A stretch of 64,000 nucleotides of DNA, from positions 1,860,001 to 1,924,000 of the forward strand of contig AP026123.1 in NCBI GenBank assembly GCA_030295235.1. Direction: 5' to 3'. This document shows positions 35,204 through 47,900 of this stretch, piece by piece (within the stretch, counting starts at the first letter, position 1; every line of letters starts with the position of its first letter). The notes under the pieces are model-generated. The model saw only the letters and a list, made by a program, of their open reading frames with translations, did not search any database and was not told the origin of the DNA. The position numbers and the translations under genes were made by a program. This stretch comes from Fistulifera solaris (lineage: Eukaryota).

Positions 35204-35673
35204 ATTGAGTATTAATATATCAAAAGACGGAAGTACAACGAGGTATCGTTGAATTATAGAGAAGTTGAAAGCACGGTTAATGTCGTGGGGTCGACGAAAG
35301 GTCGATGTTGTTGTTGCGTTCGGTTCGTCGCTCGTCGCCAGCCCCGTGGAGGTGAAGAAGTACAAAAACAGTGTTAGGGTTGAAGATGAATTATGTGTGT
35401 CTTTTGTACAGTACACAGATTTGTCTTATCATCACAGATCAGCACAGTATCGAGTAACGGTGCGCTAGAGAGCTTTCATGCCACCGCACTCATTCTTCTC
35501 GCTTACGTCACTTACAGTAACAGACTGCTCTCAAGGAAATAAATACCAGGGTTATTTCCTTGACTGCTCTCTTAGTTCTTCAGAAAAAGCTAAGGGGCGT
35601 CCGATGATATTTAGAGACTTTAATCAGGAGTAGCTACGTTAATTCGGTGCTTATATCATAATAAGTTTATTCT

Positions 35674-36846
35674 TTAGCGAAGTGCTTCAGTCAAATAAGC
35701 TAAGAATGAAGTTGCAATACCCAGTTCTGAGGGATCATTGGGCGGGTTCTTTTGACTCCATTGAGCGAATTGCCGACGTATTCGCTTTAATTCGGCAGTA
35801 GGAATCATTCGTCCGGAAGGTGTTTGCCAAGTTATAGTCTGTGACTGGTCGATGGATGAGGGGACCTCTATTTTCGTCATTTGTAGACTTTGTGCTGTTG
35901 CAATGGCGGAACATATCCGTTGAGTCAACGCATCTAGATTCTGAAGGACGTTCGCATCTGTAGCTATTTGCTGTCGAGTCGACATGCCTTCTTCTAATGG
36001 TTTGACATATGACAAAAATTGATCCAATATTTCGTCGATGCGCTCCTCCAAACATTGTGATCGATCAGGAACTCCTTGTGCTTTTTTGCTGTCACAACTG
36101 GTTTCAGCGATTGGAGACGCGGCTCTATCGCCATCTTGTAATGACTTTTCTGTGTCTTTACTGGCTGAGGAACTGCTGGTACGTCGAAAAGTGGATCGCT
36201 TTTTAAAGGTAGATGGCTTTGCACTCGCTGTCTGTGGGGATGCTTTCGGAGCGCCAGAATTGACATCGTCTGGTTTCGACAAAGCATCACTCAGGTTGTG
36301 CATATTGTAAACGGATCTTTGCAACGCGTCGACATCACTAGAGGTAGCAGATACACTTTGTCGCATATCGATTCGGTACAATGGCTGATCCCACCGATTT
36401 CGGGCGTCCGGGGGCTCATAGCGCATAATGAGCTCTTCCATCTGAGGTTCCGTGTAGGCTGCTGCTTCGTCTCGCTCGCTGTTCCACTTGTGTATGGTTG
36501 CAGTATCGTTCAAAATCCAGATAATGCCATGCCGTTCATTGGCAGATTTGCTGATGCAGTACAGTTCGTAACGAAATCCTTTGATGTAATTGAGTGAATC
36601 CAGAATGATCAAAGTCGAGCCATCGGAGGCTGCGACTGTTCTATCGAAAGTCGATTTCAGAGCAGCGCGCGTTTTCTTCTCAATGTACGAGTCTTTGTAG
36701 CAGGCTGATTTCGAGTGATCTGGACAAGCGCTTTCTTCGTTGATGAGTACGACGCGATCAAACTTTGAGGTGGCTCGGTCGCGAAACAACTTGGCGACGG
36801 TTGTTTTCCCGGAACTCGGGTGACCCGTAAGGATCAAGCACGGCAT
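35674..36846 (-). CDS. KTI12: KTI12-like P-loop protein (Elongator cofactor)
   Basis: MP...LTGHPSSGKTT, D.LNYIKGFRYELYC and RYEPPD.RNRWD.PL motifs. Confidence 0.93.
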   Translation of the reverse strand: MPCLILTGHPSSGKTTVAKLFRDRATSKFDRVVLINEESACPDHSKSACYKDSYIEKKTRAALKSTFDRTVAASDGSTLIILDSLNYIKGFRYELYCISKSANERHGIIWILNDTATIHKWNSERDEAAAYTEPQMEELIMRYEPPDARNRWDQPLYRIDMRQSVSATSSDVDALQRSVYNMHNLSDALSKPDDVNSGAPKASPQTASAKPSTFKKRSTFRRTSSSSASKDTEKSLQDGDRAASPIAETSCDSKKAQGVPDRSQCLEERIDEILDQFLSYVKPLEEGMSTRQQIATDANVLQNLDALTQRICSAIATAQSLQMTKIEVPSSIDQSQTITWQTPSGRMIPTAELKRIRRQFAQWSQKNPPNDPSELGIATSFLAYLTEALR

Positions 36847-37443
36847 GCTCTTGGCTTAAAACGGGGATGTTTGAATGTGTATTTGATCGCTTCCGATGCT
36901 TGTAGCATGTAGCAAGTGAACTCTAGTCTGACAATGAGAAGAAAATGGGCACATAAAGAAACCAGCATGCATTTTTTTCTGGCCGGGGAGGATCGACGAA
37001 CGGACAACGGACCAGCGTACTTCTAACCTTACTGTAGTATAGTCTAGTGGACATCAATTTTAGAAAACTTCTCTAGCTTCACCATGATTTTCTTGCTCAT
37101 TTGACCTTTTGAAGTAGCCAAGTCCTCGACATAGCGATATTAATAGCGCGTTTTGTTTGTTCTGCATTGCTGAGTGTGTTGGAGCGATCGTTTCATTTTT
37201 TTTATCGCAACGAAAACGACGACGACGACGACGACTCACTCGTGTATGGATGAGTCATGGGTGTTGATTTGATCTTGCCAAAAAAATAATACCAGGTACC
37301 GGTAACGGACGACGCGCAGCGTGCAGAAAGCCAACCTTTTCACTCGTCGCCTTTCGCAAGGTTGCGATGATAATTGCAACATTTCCGTTTTTCTTTTCTT
37401 GTTTCTGTACTAAAGTTCTTATCATTACATTTGATACATCATA

Positions 37444-39477
37444 ATGATGGTAGACGACGAACTGAAACAGGAAAATGATTGTAACGATCAGCAGCACAAT
37501 GATCGCATGGTGCCCACCAACGGCGATGATGATCAGGATACAGCTAAACCGGTCGACCCCATGCTATTCGTTAAAGGCAGCGAGGATACCGCTCAACTCA
37601 TCGACAGCGCTGCGGCCACCCCGCTTCATTCGAGCATAGGCGATGCCACATTGGAAAAGCAGCAAATCAAACGGCTGGGTGCGACAGTCTACGGTCAAGC
37701 CATTCAAGTGACAGAGAAAGGCGTATTCCCCGCTGTCGGGTCGATCCTCGGGCCGTACTTTTGTTTAGGGAAACTCGGCATGGGCACTTTTAGTAGCATC
37801 CACAAATGTGTCAGCTTTCAAAAGGAGAATAGGCTCGCGGCGGCGAAAGTGGAATTGGGGGATTATCAACAATCGGGTGTTCTGGAGTCGGAAGCCACCG
37901 TTCTCGATTTTTTGTATCGAAGTCTGCCCAAAGGGACGGTGCCGACGTATATTGGTCATTACAAGAGTTCGAAGGGTGCCGCTTTACTCATGGAGTATCT
38001 ACCTGGAAAAGATATGCATTACATGAGGGAAGAGATTATGGCAACCAACAAAGATTCGAGTCGACGAATTGCCGTCAAGGACGCGGTCTATTTGACAGCA
38101 GACGTTATGCTGCCTCTTCTGAAAGAAATGCATCAGGTCGGAATCGTCCATCGCGATGTGAAACCCAGTAACTGTGTGAGAAGACAAGGCAAGGAATTCT
38201 GTATGGTTGATTTTGGTTTGAGTAAAAGTATTGTAGTGGCTGCGGATGCGGAAGTGGCCGACAAGGACCACGCTTGGCCCGATAGTCGATGGCTGAAGCC
38301 TCTCAATTACAACGGCCCTGGATGCTATAGAAAAGAACGAGCAAAGGCCGAATTTCGGGGAACTTCCATGTATGCCTCTCCTCGGGTGCATCAAGGTAGA
38401 GATTATTGTCCTCGAGATGACGTTTGGAGCTTACTCTACGTCTTTTGTGACCTGGTTAGTGGCGGTCTTCCTTGGATGTCTTACGCCGCTGGTCGAGAAA
38501 GGGAAAGTTGTCAAGCTTTCAAAGAACGTATCCATGCGAATGATGGTGAAGAATCATCTCTATTGTTAATGGGTGATCACTATCATGTCGCTGCCTTTAA
38601 AAGAGAGAAACAGCTAGCTGCACAATCACAAAGCTCCGATGGCAGAAGTACTATACCACTACCAGAGCCACATCCGATGTCTAAAGACGAGCATAAAGTG
38701 AATCTCTTGCGAAAAGCCTTTCGCCACCTATCTGAATTGCAGTTTTACGACACTCCAGATTACACTTTGATTCAGGAATCCATTTGGGGTTTCTTGGAAC
38801 TAAATGACGCGTGTAAAGAACTGTCAATTGAAGAGATGCAATGGGAAAGCACATCAAGTACATCCGAAGCAGATGCTGTTAAAACAAGACCGGTTAATCA
38901 CCCGACCTGGGAGTTGATTGTTAGTGCAGACGGAGAGAGTGCCATTGATGATACGGTCTTTCAGGACCTAGAGGTTCGAGGCGGTTCCGCTTACGGCGGT
39001 TTACCTCTAGAATTTCAGTTTAAAGTAGGGCAGATGGAATACAACCAAACGCACGGAGTGGAAATTCATCGCACTCTAAATGATTGGATGCAGGTTGCTC
39101 TCCCTTTGCTTTACAAAGAATGGGATGCCAAGAAATTCGAGGACGGGGGACATCGCACCTCAACTGATGGGTTTCGAAGAGATCGATATTTGTCTTTGTT
39201 GCAATCCTGCTTGGCTTGTGCTAAGAAAGAAGACTGTTTTCAATCACGAAATTGCTATTATTATATTGATGATCGAGAGGAGGACCCTACACCAAAGAAA
39301 CGAAAGGTGGAGATTCAAGTCAATCATGAGTCCGATAAGCACTCTCCTCTGGTTTTCGTCTCCCGTGTGCTCGTTGGGCTCGAACGAGCCATTGAACTTG
39401 AGAAGGCCAAAAATCTCCTCCACCCGTCCGCATTTCGTTTTCGTAGGCCAAGGACGAACACAAAGAAGCGACAATAG
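37444..39477 (+). CDS. Ser/Thr protein kinase, CK1/tau-tubulin kinase-like
   Basis: LGMGTFS, VHRDVKPSN, DFGLSK, FRGTSMYAS and RDDVWSL motifs. The true stop may be ~39446 if the A run at ~39409 is mis-called. Confidence 0.9.
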   Translation: MMVDDELKQENDCNDQQHNDRMVPTNGDDDQDTAKPVDPMLFVKGSEDTAQLIDSAAATPLHSSIGDATLEKQQIKRLGATVYGQAIQVTEKGVFPAVGSILGPYFCLGKLGMGTFSSIHKCVSFQKENRLAAAKVELGDYQQSGVLESEATVLDFLYRSLPKGTVPTYIGHYKSSKGAALLMEYLPGKDMHYMREEIMATNKDSSRRIAVKDAVYLTADVMLPLLKEMHQVGIVHRDVKPSNCVRRQGKEFCMVDFGLSKSIVVAADAEVADKDHAWPDSRWLKPLNYNGPGCYRKERAKAEFRGTSMYASPRVHQGRDYCPRDDVWSLLYVFCDLVSGGLPWMSYAAGRERESCQAFKERIHANDGEESSLLLMGDHYHVAAFKREKQLAAQSQSSDGRSTIPLPEPHPMSKDEHKVNLLRKAFRHLSELQFYDTPDYTLIQESIWGFLELNDACKELSIEEMQWESTSSTSEADAVKTRPVNHPTWELIVSADGESAIDDTVFQDLEVRGGSAYGGLPLEFQFKVGQMEYNQTHGVEIHRTLNDWMQVALPLLYKEWDAKKFEDGGHRTSTDGFRRDRYLSLLQSCLACAKKEDCFQSRNCYYYIDDREEDPTPKKRKVEIQVNHESDKHSPLVFVSRVLVGLERAIELEKAKNLLHPSAFRFRRPRTNTKKRQ

Positions 39478-39485
39478 TGATGCGA

Positions 39486-41485
39486 TTAAGAACTGCACTT
39501 TCTCTCCTTCTCCAATTCGTTTCTTCGCCGAATCTCATCGTTGCTTGTCAGTGCGTCTAAAAGAGCCATTTCTTCGGCGGTGAGTCGAGATGATCCAAGA
39601 GACCGATTCTCTTTCATTCGCTCTAGATGCGACGTTTTAGTCGCCAATATTAAATTCTTTTGCAAACCCCATTTTAGCATTAGTTGGGCGCAAGTGACAG
39701 AATGAGTCAAAGCAAGCTTTTCAATAACCGGATTATCGAAAGATGTCGCGCGGTGAAGGGCTTTGTGGGCGAATACAAGAACGCCTCTTTCTTGAAAGAA
39801 GTCTACGTAGTCTTTCCTGTACATAACCGGTGAAGCTTCAATTTGATTCACGCAGGGCGGTATACTAATATCACTTCTCATCAACTCCTCGTACTCTTCT
39901 GGAGTGAAATTGGATAGACCGATCGCCTTTAACTTTCCTTCTTGGTGAAGCAACTCTAATTCTTTGTAAGCGGCGACAAAATGGCCAGGAACAGGCCAAT
40001 GCACGAGAAACAAATCGAAGTACGTGCTGCCAATATCACGCAAGCTCCTCTCGACGCTAGCTCGTACAGCCGTTCGACCTTCTCTGACAGCATCGTTCCA
40101 CACTTTTCCAGTGATGAAAACTTCTGATCGATGAAGGGCGGTTGCTTTCAGTGCAATCCCAAGGGTGCGCTCATTACCGTAAACGGAAGCTGAGTCAAAA
40201 TGACGATAGCCGGATGCTATGGCATTAATGATTATTTTTTCACCTTCCGAGTTATCTGGAACATTATACAGTCCAAAGGCTAATTGAGGAATTCGTTTCC
40301 CTGTATTTAAAGTCAAACATGGCTCATTTTCGAAACCTGATTTTGCCGAACCCCGCAGCGGCTTCGCAAGCGATCCAGGTGGTGGGAGTTTTCCGACCCG
40401 GCGCAGTTCCTGCAACAAAAACAATGCACTGGATATTACCGGGAGCAAATCAAACATTCTGTTAAGCACTACCGAATGTCAACACCAAGTTGCAATCTTC
40501 CACTTACATCATTGCTTTTGCGTCTCCTGATACTTGCCATAGCTGATCCATTGGAACGACCCGCAAGGATATGAACTCGCCGTGCTCACGCAGACCCGTC
40601 AATCTCCCACGCATTTCCTCTAGTTCCGCTTTTGTGACGGATATTTCGAGGTACATGTATCGAACGGACTCGTCGCATCCTCCTGGTGAGGGCGGAATCG
40701 ATGATGCAGGTAACGACCCGCTGTTAAAAGCACTTTCACAGGCTAAAGCAGTAAGATCGACTAAATCATCCGCATGAATTTCAATTTCACATTCCTCTTT
40801 CATTTCCTGAGCTGCTATTCCAGTCACAGTCTCGGAATGGTCATCTAACATGCCAGCCGGTATCTCAAGGGTCGAAACTTGGCCAAGAGGCACACGCGGT
40901 TGATCGACAAGCAAAGAATGAACGCTACTGTCTTCGAAACAATGAAGAGCGACTAGAATTGCAACAGCGTCACCTCGCAGAAAGCAAATGCCTGGAATAC
41001 GCTGGTGGTTTTGTACGTCGCTCAAGTCGTTTTCTAAAGTGCAATCCGATTTGATTTTAATGAATCCAACGCCTCTGAAAAGGAACAGTTTCCTGTGAAT
41101 CAAGCTAAAATAATGAACAATCAACCAGCCAGTTACTCACCTCGCACCAAATATATCAACACTTTGGATTTCAACGCCGTGGATTTGTATGTAGTTTCCA
41201 TTCTTGTCGTGCTGCTTTTCACAGCGGCGATGCCAGCGAGTAAATATTTCCGACTCGAGGGCCTTGATTGCATCAGCCTGGGCTACACCGGGTGAAACCG
41301 TGACAGGGACTTTCTTCCCTTTGTACTCGAAAAAGAGAGCCTCGCGTTGATCACTCATGCCAACTGGTTCGTTTGACAAGAAGAAAGCAAGGAAAGGTCT
41401 TAGTTATGGTATTGTTATTTAAACTTTATGCCAAAGTATACTCACTCGTCGACATTTTTTGCTCAGCATTTATCTTGCGACGCAT
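39486..41485 (-). CDS. Fusion of a Nudix hydrolase (plant NUDT14/ADP-sugar pyrophosphatase-like) and an aldo-keto reductase; start uncertain (41485 or 41358)
   Basis: IQSVDIFG.R|GVGFIK, LEIPAGMLD....A.QEMKEEC, PSPGGCDE and GLREHGE.I motifs. Intron 40429-40507 joins in frame to an AKR with GYRHFDSASVYGNE, DLFLVHWP, IGLSNF and VNQIE. Confidence 0.85.
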
Positions 41486-41658
41486 TTTCTTTCGATCCCT
41501 TCTTGGGAATCTTGAGGCTTACCGTATTAGGGTTCGCACTCTTACGACGCCTAAAGCTGTTACCAGGTACCATTAAGATTCAAGCTTATAGATACAGGAT
41601 AAGCCTTTAGCTTTAGCATCCAGCAAGCGACCCCACTATAGGGATAGAAAAGGCAAAC

Positions 41659-42850
41659 TCAAACTCTCTTTGTTATTGTTACAGTCTTCGTGGTACGAAG
41701 CAGCGATTGTACAAGTTGGATGACGCACACGAAGGCGACGATCAGCAATGCCAGCTCCAGCCCAATGACCGCTTCTCGACAGTGATCCTTGAGCACTCGA
41801 GATAGGAGTACAATGCTTGTTGGTGCAGCTTGGAGCTTACAAAATATGTAGACGAGATCAAAAGTCTCGCAAGTACCCATCGTGAGCTGATTCTGGTAAA
41901 AAAGGACGTCGGGTGACAGGATGTCGATCAGAAAGATCTTGCAGCGATGGATAAGGGATTGCCACAAAGGTGGAACACTCGTTCTCAAAAGATCCAACAT
42001 AGAGTGCAGCCAGTCAATTGGAACCCTTTCTCGCACATAATCGTTCAATCTGTCAAAAGATACCAAGATGCGTGACAGCAAAACGCTTGCGTACTCCTTG
42101 TAACGATTGTGCTCCAGACCGCGAAGACGTTCCTTCGCATTTAAAAAGATCGTATCTGGTGATGAGTAGCTCAGTTTTCGTTTGCTCGAGTTCATTCTCT
42201 CTTTCGGTGATATAATTTTCAAGCTGTGCCTTTGTCGAAGCTAGATCCCAGTTGCGCTGTTCCTGCCAGCGAAATTTTCTACTGTATTCAGTCTCGATTT
42301 CGCGGCGTGATTTTTCCACAAATATTGTGGACGCCTCCTTTTCTTCAATTATTTTACGCTCCAGCAGAATGATTTGTTCTTCCAACGCATCCTTTGCTTG
42401 TCCGACGTGGAAAACTTCAGCCTGCGCATTCCTGAACTCTTCTCGCAACATCTCCATCTCGGTCTGTGATTCCAGCCACTTCGCGTGAGCAGCCTCTAGA
42501 AGCTTCTGAGTTTCAGAATATAAACGTCGTACACGGATTAGCTCACTTGCTGTCTTCAGATTTTCGGTGCAAATTATTTCATTTTCGCTGTCAATTGGAG
42601 CTTGTTCGAGGATTGTGGTCTCCAAGGCTGCTACCAATGACTGGCAATCGGCAAGCTCGTCTTTTGTTTTCTGGTGCAAATCAGGCAATGTGTCATTCTT
42701 ATCCGCGGAACGGTCATCCGGTTCCGTGTGTTGTGGTTTCGCCTTGAAGTAGCTTTCGTAGGGAGGCATGAACGCCCGTGTTAATGACGAGAAAACAAGG
42801 AGCAAGAGCATTGATGCGGTTTGATGCCGGGAAATATAAGAAGCAGCCAT
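41659..42850 (-). CDS. Coiled-coil protein with N-terminal signal/plastid presequence and C-terminal TM helix
   Basis: LLLLVFSSLTRA-F presequence and an E/K-rich heptad region. The two ORFs join as TRYDL-LNAKERL with one base removed from the run at ~42141-42147. Confidence 0.6.
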
Positions 42851-43319
42851 GATTTCTTACGCGTCGAAGAACGGGGTACGAGCAAAGTATAGAACGAATA
42901 GTTGATTGTGGTACGACTTTCTGGATGAAGAGCAATGTGTATGATGTTTAGGTTGAATAATGAATGATGGTTGTGTCGGGTGACTTCGAAAACAACAAAC
43001 GAGAAAAGCCAGGAGGTGGAACACGTCTAAGGTTAAGGCTATCTATGTGCATTTGCTCTTGACGGTTGACGGTTCAACGTTCGTTCATGGATGAGGTTAG
43101 GATCTCTATCTAAGTCCTCTAGCTCTCGACCCTGCACCTTTACCAGTAAGAGTGCAGCAACTCATAATAACTACGACAGGTCGAAGGACAACAAACTGTG
43201 TTATTGAGAACTGTGCAGAGGGACCATTTGAAATGAAGAGGGATCCAAGTTCGATAATACGAAATCCTAATGAATGACCAAGAACATCATCACGCAAAAA
43301 TTTGTCTATAGATGAATAG

Positions 43320-44463
43320 CTATAAAACAATTTGGGTCCAACTGTTGGAGCGGCCAAGACGCGTGTAGACAACCGGTCTATCGCATCGGTCACCAAATAT
43401 TTGGCTGCAGGGAACGTCGCGCATCAGATGAAGAGTTGCGCGAAGAGAATCGCAAAAACTGTCTTCTTCGCAATTTGGTGATGTACTCGTGTACTGAAGC
43501 AGAAGGTCGTCGGGCATATTCAAAAATGACTCCATTCCTCGAAACGGACTGTAGGCGAAGGGTTCAATGATAGTGTAACACGACTTCTCGCAATGAATTT
43601 GTGTCAGACGGGGAGCAGCGGTGTTTCGAGTAAACAAGCGCGCCGATCGAAGCACAGGTAAAGGGCCCGAAACGTCTTCGTCGCATCGAGCCAAGAAGGC
43701 ATCGCCCGATACTAGGTCGACAGCAAGTCCCCTACCAATTGGTGAGCCATTCCCAGAGTCGTTTAAACAGGAAATGGAGCAAGTTTTGATAATGAGACAG
43801 AGACTATCTTGTTCCTCGTCCGCGATATCAGCCAGTAAGTGAATCATCCAGTTCGAGATGTTCTGAGAAGTGCCGTCCATGTCATTGAAGCCACCCACTA
43901 CGTGAACGGATATCTCAACCTTCTTCTCTCCCCCTCCAGTGGTGATTGCGATGACGGAAGACCATAGAGCGAATGCATTTCTCGTAGTTCGTTGAGTCAA
44001 TGTGACTAAGACTTACAAGAGGGGCATTGTCGTCGGAGCAACTGCGCAGTGCTAGAACATGACATGTCGTTGCCTTATCACTCATAATGACATCGCATTG
44101 AGCAGGAACAGCGTGTGCTACTTCTCCTTGTCCTACATATAGAATGCGGTCCTTCGAGAAACGCGTAAAATGGGCGGGGTCTACAGAGAGGAGCGAATCG
44201 CGCGCATCCAGAATTTGCGGCAAACATTGCAGACATTCATCTACATCTAAGCTTGAGCCCGATTTTGGCAAGTAAATTGGCACGTCTTGACCCTCAGAGG
44301 TATCGTCTGTGCATTCCGAATATCCGGAAACACGAAGGTTTGTTTGTCGTAAAATTACTTCCTCGGATCGGTTGCCTTGGAGCGCTTCTAAGGATGACAC
44401 GCGCTTTAACGCGCTTTCGAGGCTTACGAGCGTTCCTGTTGAATCCGAGTTGGCAATTACCAT
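43320..44463 (-). CDS. NTAN1: Protein N-terminal asparagine amidohydrolase
   Basis: ILYVGQGE, SDKATTCH, LSHID, VHVVGGFND, LRSAR and STSP..E motifs. Frameshift in the G/C run at ~43930. Confidence 0.85.
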
Positions 44464-44988
44464 GGTTACTTATCAAGAAATGCTAGCGAATAAAGTCTTT
44501 TTGTAATGACGGAAAATGCGGCGAATGGCGAATGCGTGGGACGCGATCAGAATTTAGAACATTCTCCATCCTCCAGAACAACGGCAGGAGCTTGAGAATC
44601 ATTGAGATTCATGGCCGTGGATTTAGTACCACGAATACGTAGCAATTGCAACGTCAGTCGTACACCTCTCGAACAATTCATTCAGTCAAAGCGGTACTGT
44701 CACTAACTGTGGCTTTGATAGTTCACTGTTTCGGAGTTTCCGCACCCTTTTTTACTGTCACTCTCAGAGTAAAAGGAATCTGGACTCGGGACTGATTAGT
44801 CCTGGATCATGAACCAAAAGACCGTACGTCGTACGTGCCCTTCGATCTTCGATCCCCCGCATTTTTCCGCGTTTCAGAACGAAGATTGCTTCCGTTCTTC
44901 ATGTTATTATTCGAAATTCGTCCAAAATTGTGGTTGACTGCTCGAACTACGTGCACCCACTTTATCGTGTTGTCAATGATGCTACGGT

Positions 44989-47900
44989 ATGGTCGGGTTT
45001 GGATCTTCGCTACGAATGGCCCGTCGTCCGGGATGGGAGGGTGCATATTTGGACTATGAAACATTAAAACTTCTTCTTTCTCAAATTGAATCCATTTACG
45101 AAGAAGAAGCCCAACGACCACGAGATGATGGCGCATTTTTGCGCGACGGCAGTCGGAAGGAACGAACCGAAAGAGATTTCCGTGTTGACCTTTTTCTGGA
45201 ATCAGATTCAGATAATGCTTATCCATCAGCGGATGAGGAGCGACCGGAGGTGTCTCGTAACTTGAAAGTAATAGCTGAGCGACAGCCTGGTGCCTTTATC
45301 GGTACTCCCGGTCGTTCGTTTGCAGTGTCGTACTCGGACGACATAAATAGCTCGTCAGATGATGACGAACGGGTTCAAGATGCGGGCTGTGGAGGCACTT
45401 TGGCGTCTTGGATGATGAGCACTAAGGCAGAGCGAAATACAAAAGAAGGTCAACATACAATGCAACGAAAAAATCTCGGTAATGCAGTTGCTTCCTCCTC
45501 TTATGATTCTGAGGACTATTACGTCAGCAACCCCAAGCAAGCAAATGGCGATGCTTTCATTCTTGAGGGACGTGAAGAAGATAATCCTGAATCTTCTATT
45601 CTGAGCGCACCTGTAAGGCGAACACACGTCGATGAGCGTAGTTCTCTTCTCGCAGCATCTTCGATAGCACATTCTGGCCAAAAACTTTTGCACCTGCCAC
45701 TTTTTCAAGTGAAGAAAGCAACGACAGGTCTTTTTCTCCGGTACTCTCTCCTGTCCCTCTTTACTACACTACGGGCCCAACAATAATTCCTCTCACGCCA
45801 AATGATCCTCGTCAAAAACTCGCTTCTCAGATGCCGAACAATAATCCGAACACCAATCGAAAACTTCAAGAGGAAAAGGAACGCGAACGTCGCGCTCGCC
45901 GGGAGCGGCGTAAGCGAACTCGCGAGGATAAAGTACCTCGGCGTCTTCGTAGAGCCCATGCAAAGGCACGCGCTATCACTGAACGATTCATCGGTCTTCT
46001 CAACGCTGAGTGTGAGAAAGTTGAACTCTTTGTTTTGGTATGTTGTGTTTGTGAGTCGTTATTCGTTTTGTCCCTTTTGGCTTACAATTAATTATCATGT
46101 AGGCACGGTTAGGGGAACTGGTCGAAACTGCGGGTAGTCTGCGCTTTCCGTCTTTTGATGATGAATATGGATCTTTCCAGCACAACGGTGCAAGTAATGG
46201 AGAAAATGTCCATTATCTTGCGGATCGAGGGTTGCACCCATCCGATTCGTCGTCGTCCGACGAAAGGCTTAATAGTGACGGACAGGGTATTTTTCCTTGG
46301 TCAGATAGCTCCGACGGAGACGCAAACAGCCATGGCAGTGAACGTGCTGCATTACCGAGTAGTTTCTCTGGTGACAGTGTGGGTCTCAAAATTTCACCGC
46401 GTTCGCGATTGCCCACTGTTCCGGATATTTCAGTTAGTTCGGCTGGTAAAAAAGTGGTCGAAAGCAGTGATACCGTTCGACAACAGATCGCTCACTTCAC
46501 AGCATTGAGACAAAAAAGACCAATATTTCAGCGGAATGAACTTATTTTGGGGGAAGATATGCTTTTCTTGTCAGCCGGTGAAGAGGTAGATGGGTATACC
46601 TCTGTCGGTGTCGAGCTTCTACACGTACTTCGCTTTATTTGTGTGAATCTTGTCGCTGTCAGGAAGATCTGTAGAAAGCACGACCGACTGCTACTTAATC
46701 GTATGCTCGGTGGTTATTATCAACGTCTTGGAGTCCAGTCGAATGCAGGAGGGCGACTGGACACATTAGGCGAATCAGTAAGTCGCGCTTCGCAGAAAAG
46801 TAAGAAAGATCGTCTCGGTCTTTTTGGAAATACCTACAAACTTGTTGGAAAGCTTGACCATAGAATACAACATCTGGCGAACAGCCAGACTGTTGAAGTC
46901 ATTTCATCTTGCTTATCATCAGCCTTGTCTGAGTATGAGATATCAAGATCAAGAGCCGATGCGATGACTAAGTTAAATTCAGGGACCCTTGCGGCGGTTA
47001 CACCGCTTAGGGCTGGCGGGGTTTCGAAGGCGTCGTTAGCACGAGGAAACGATTCGCTTAGGACAGAATTTGAGAAAACTGACGATGCTCACACTAGTGA
47101 TGCTCCTTCGACATCTTCGAGTATTGCGCTGACGCGATTGGAGTATGCAGTTACAGCCATACATGCCTTGCGAGAAGCCGCACGGGAGAATCAAGATTAT
47201 TTTTCAAACTATGTTTCTCGATCATGTCTGTCTTTCTCTGGCTATTATCCTCCCTGTGAAGGGCTAGATGGTTGTTCAAGAGAGACTTTGGATTTCTTGG
47301 TGGCTTATAATCCTGACTTAGCATTGCTACATAATGTAGACGTCTTATTTGAGGGCCTGACGCGGGGTAAATGGAGAGCGGTTCATGTGGAGAAGCTTTT
47401 CGCCACTACTATTGTAGCGAGTTTGATCCCCGAAGAAACTCCTTTGCTGACAGCGAAATCAATGATGGCTCAAGAATGCGATCGCGTAGCACAAGGGCTG
47501 GGATCGATATTGGTTTTTTCTGATGAGCCTTTCAACGAATGTGCAAAGGGGCGTGAAGGGAATGTTTTAACACGGCGGCATATAAGTTCGCTGCCTCGTG
47601 AGGCTTTCATCCTTAGTAGATGGGCTTCATTCCTCTATATGGTACGTCTGCTGCGCCTTGTTACCCAATTGCAACGCTAAATGCTAATTCTCTTTACAGA
47701 TGAATTACTTCATCGCTCATGCGACCTCGAATATATTTGTCATGTCTACTGGGTCTTCATCGGCGCTTGCGGCAACAGTTATTGGAGTTCCAAACATTGC
47801 AGCAATGTTGATAACATTTATCCACTGTCTCATTTTATCTGGTCAGCCAAATTTGCATCGTCAACACAACAATGTCCCTTTGTTGAGACTTCTGTTTGCT

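Noticed and set aside
37216..37234. (GAC)n microsatellite upstream of the kinase gene
   Set aside because: A short ordinary simple repeat.
24404..43072. TTGACGGTTGAC seen upstream of ICL (~24404) and at ~43059
   Set aside because: Only two occurrences of a self-repetitive 12-mer, which is too little to call a regulatory motif.
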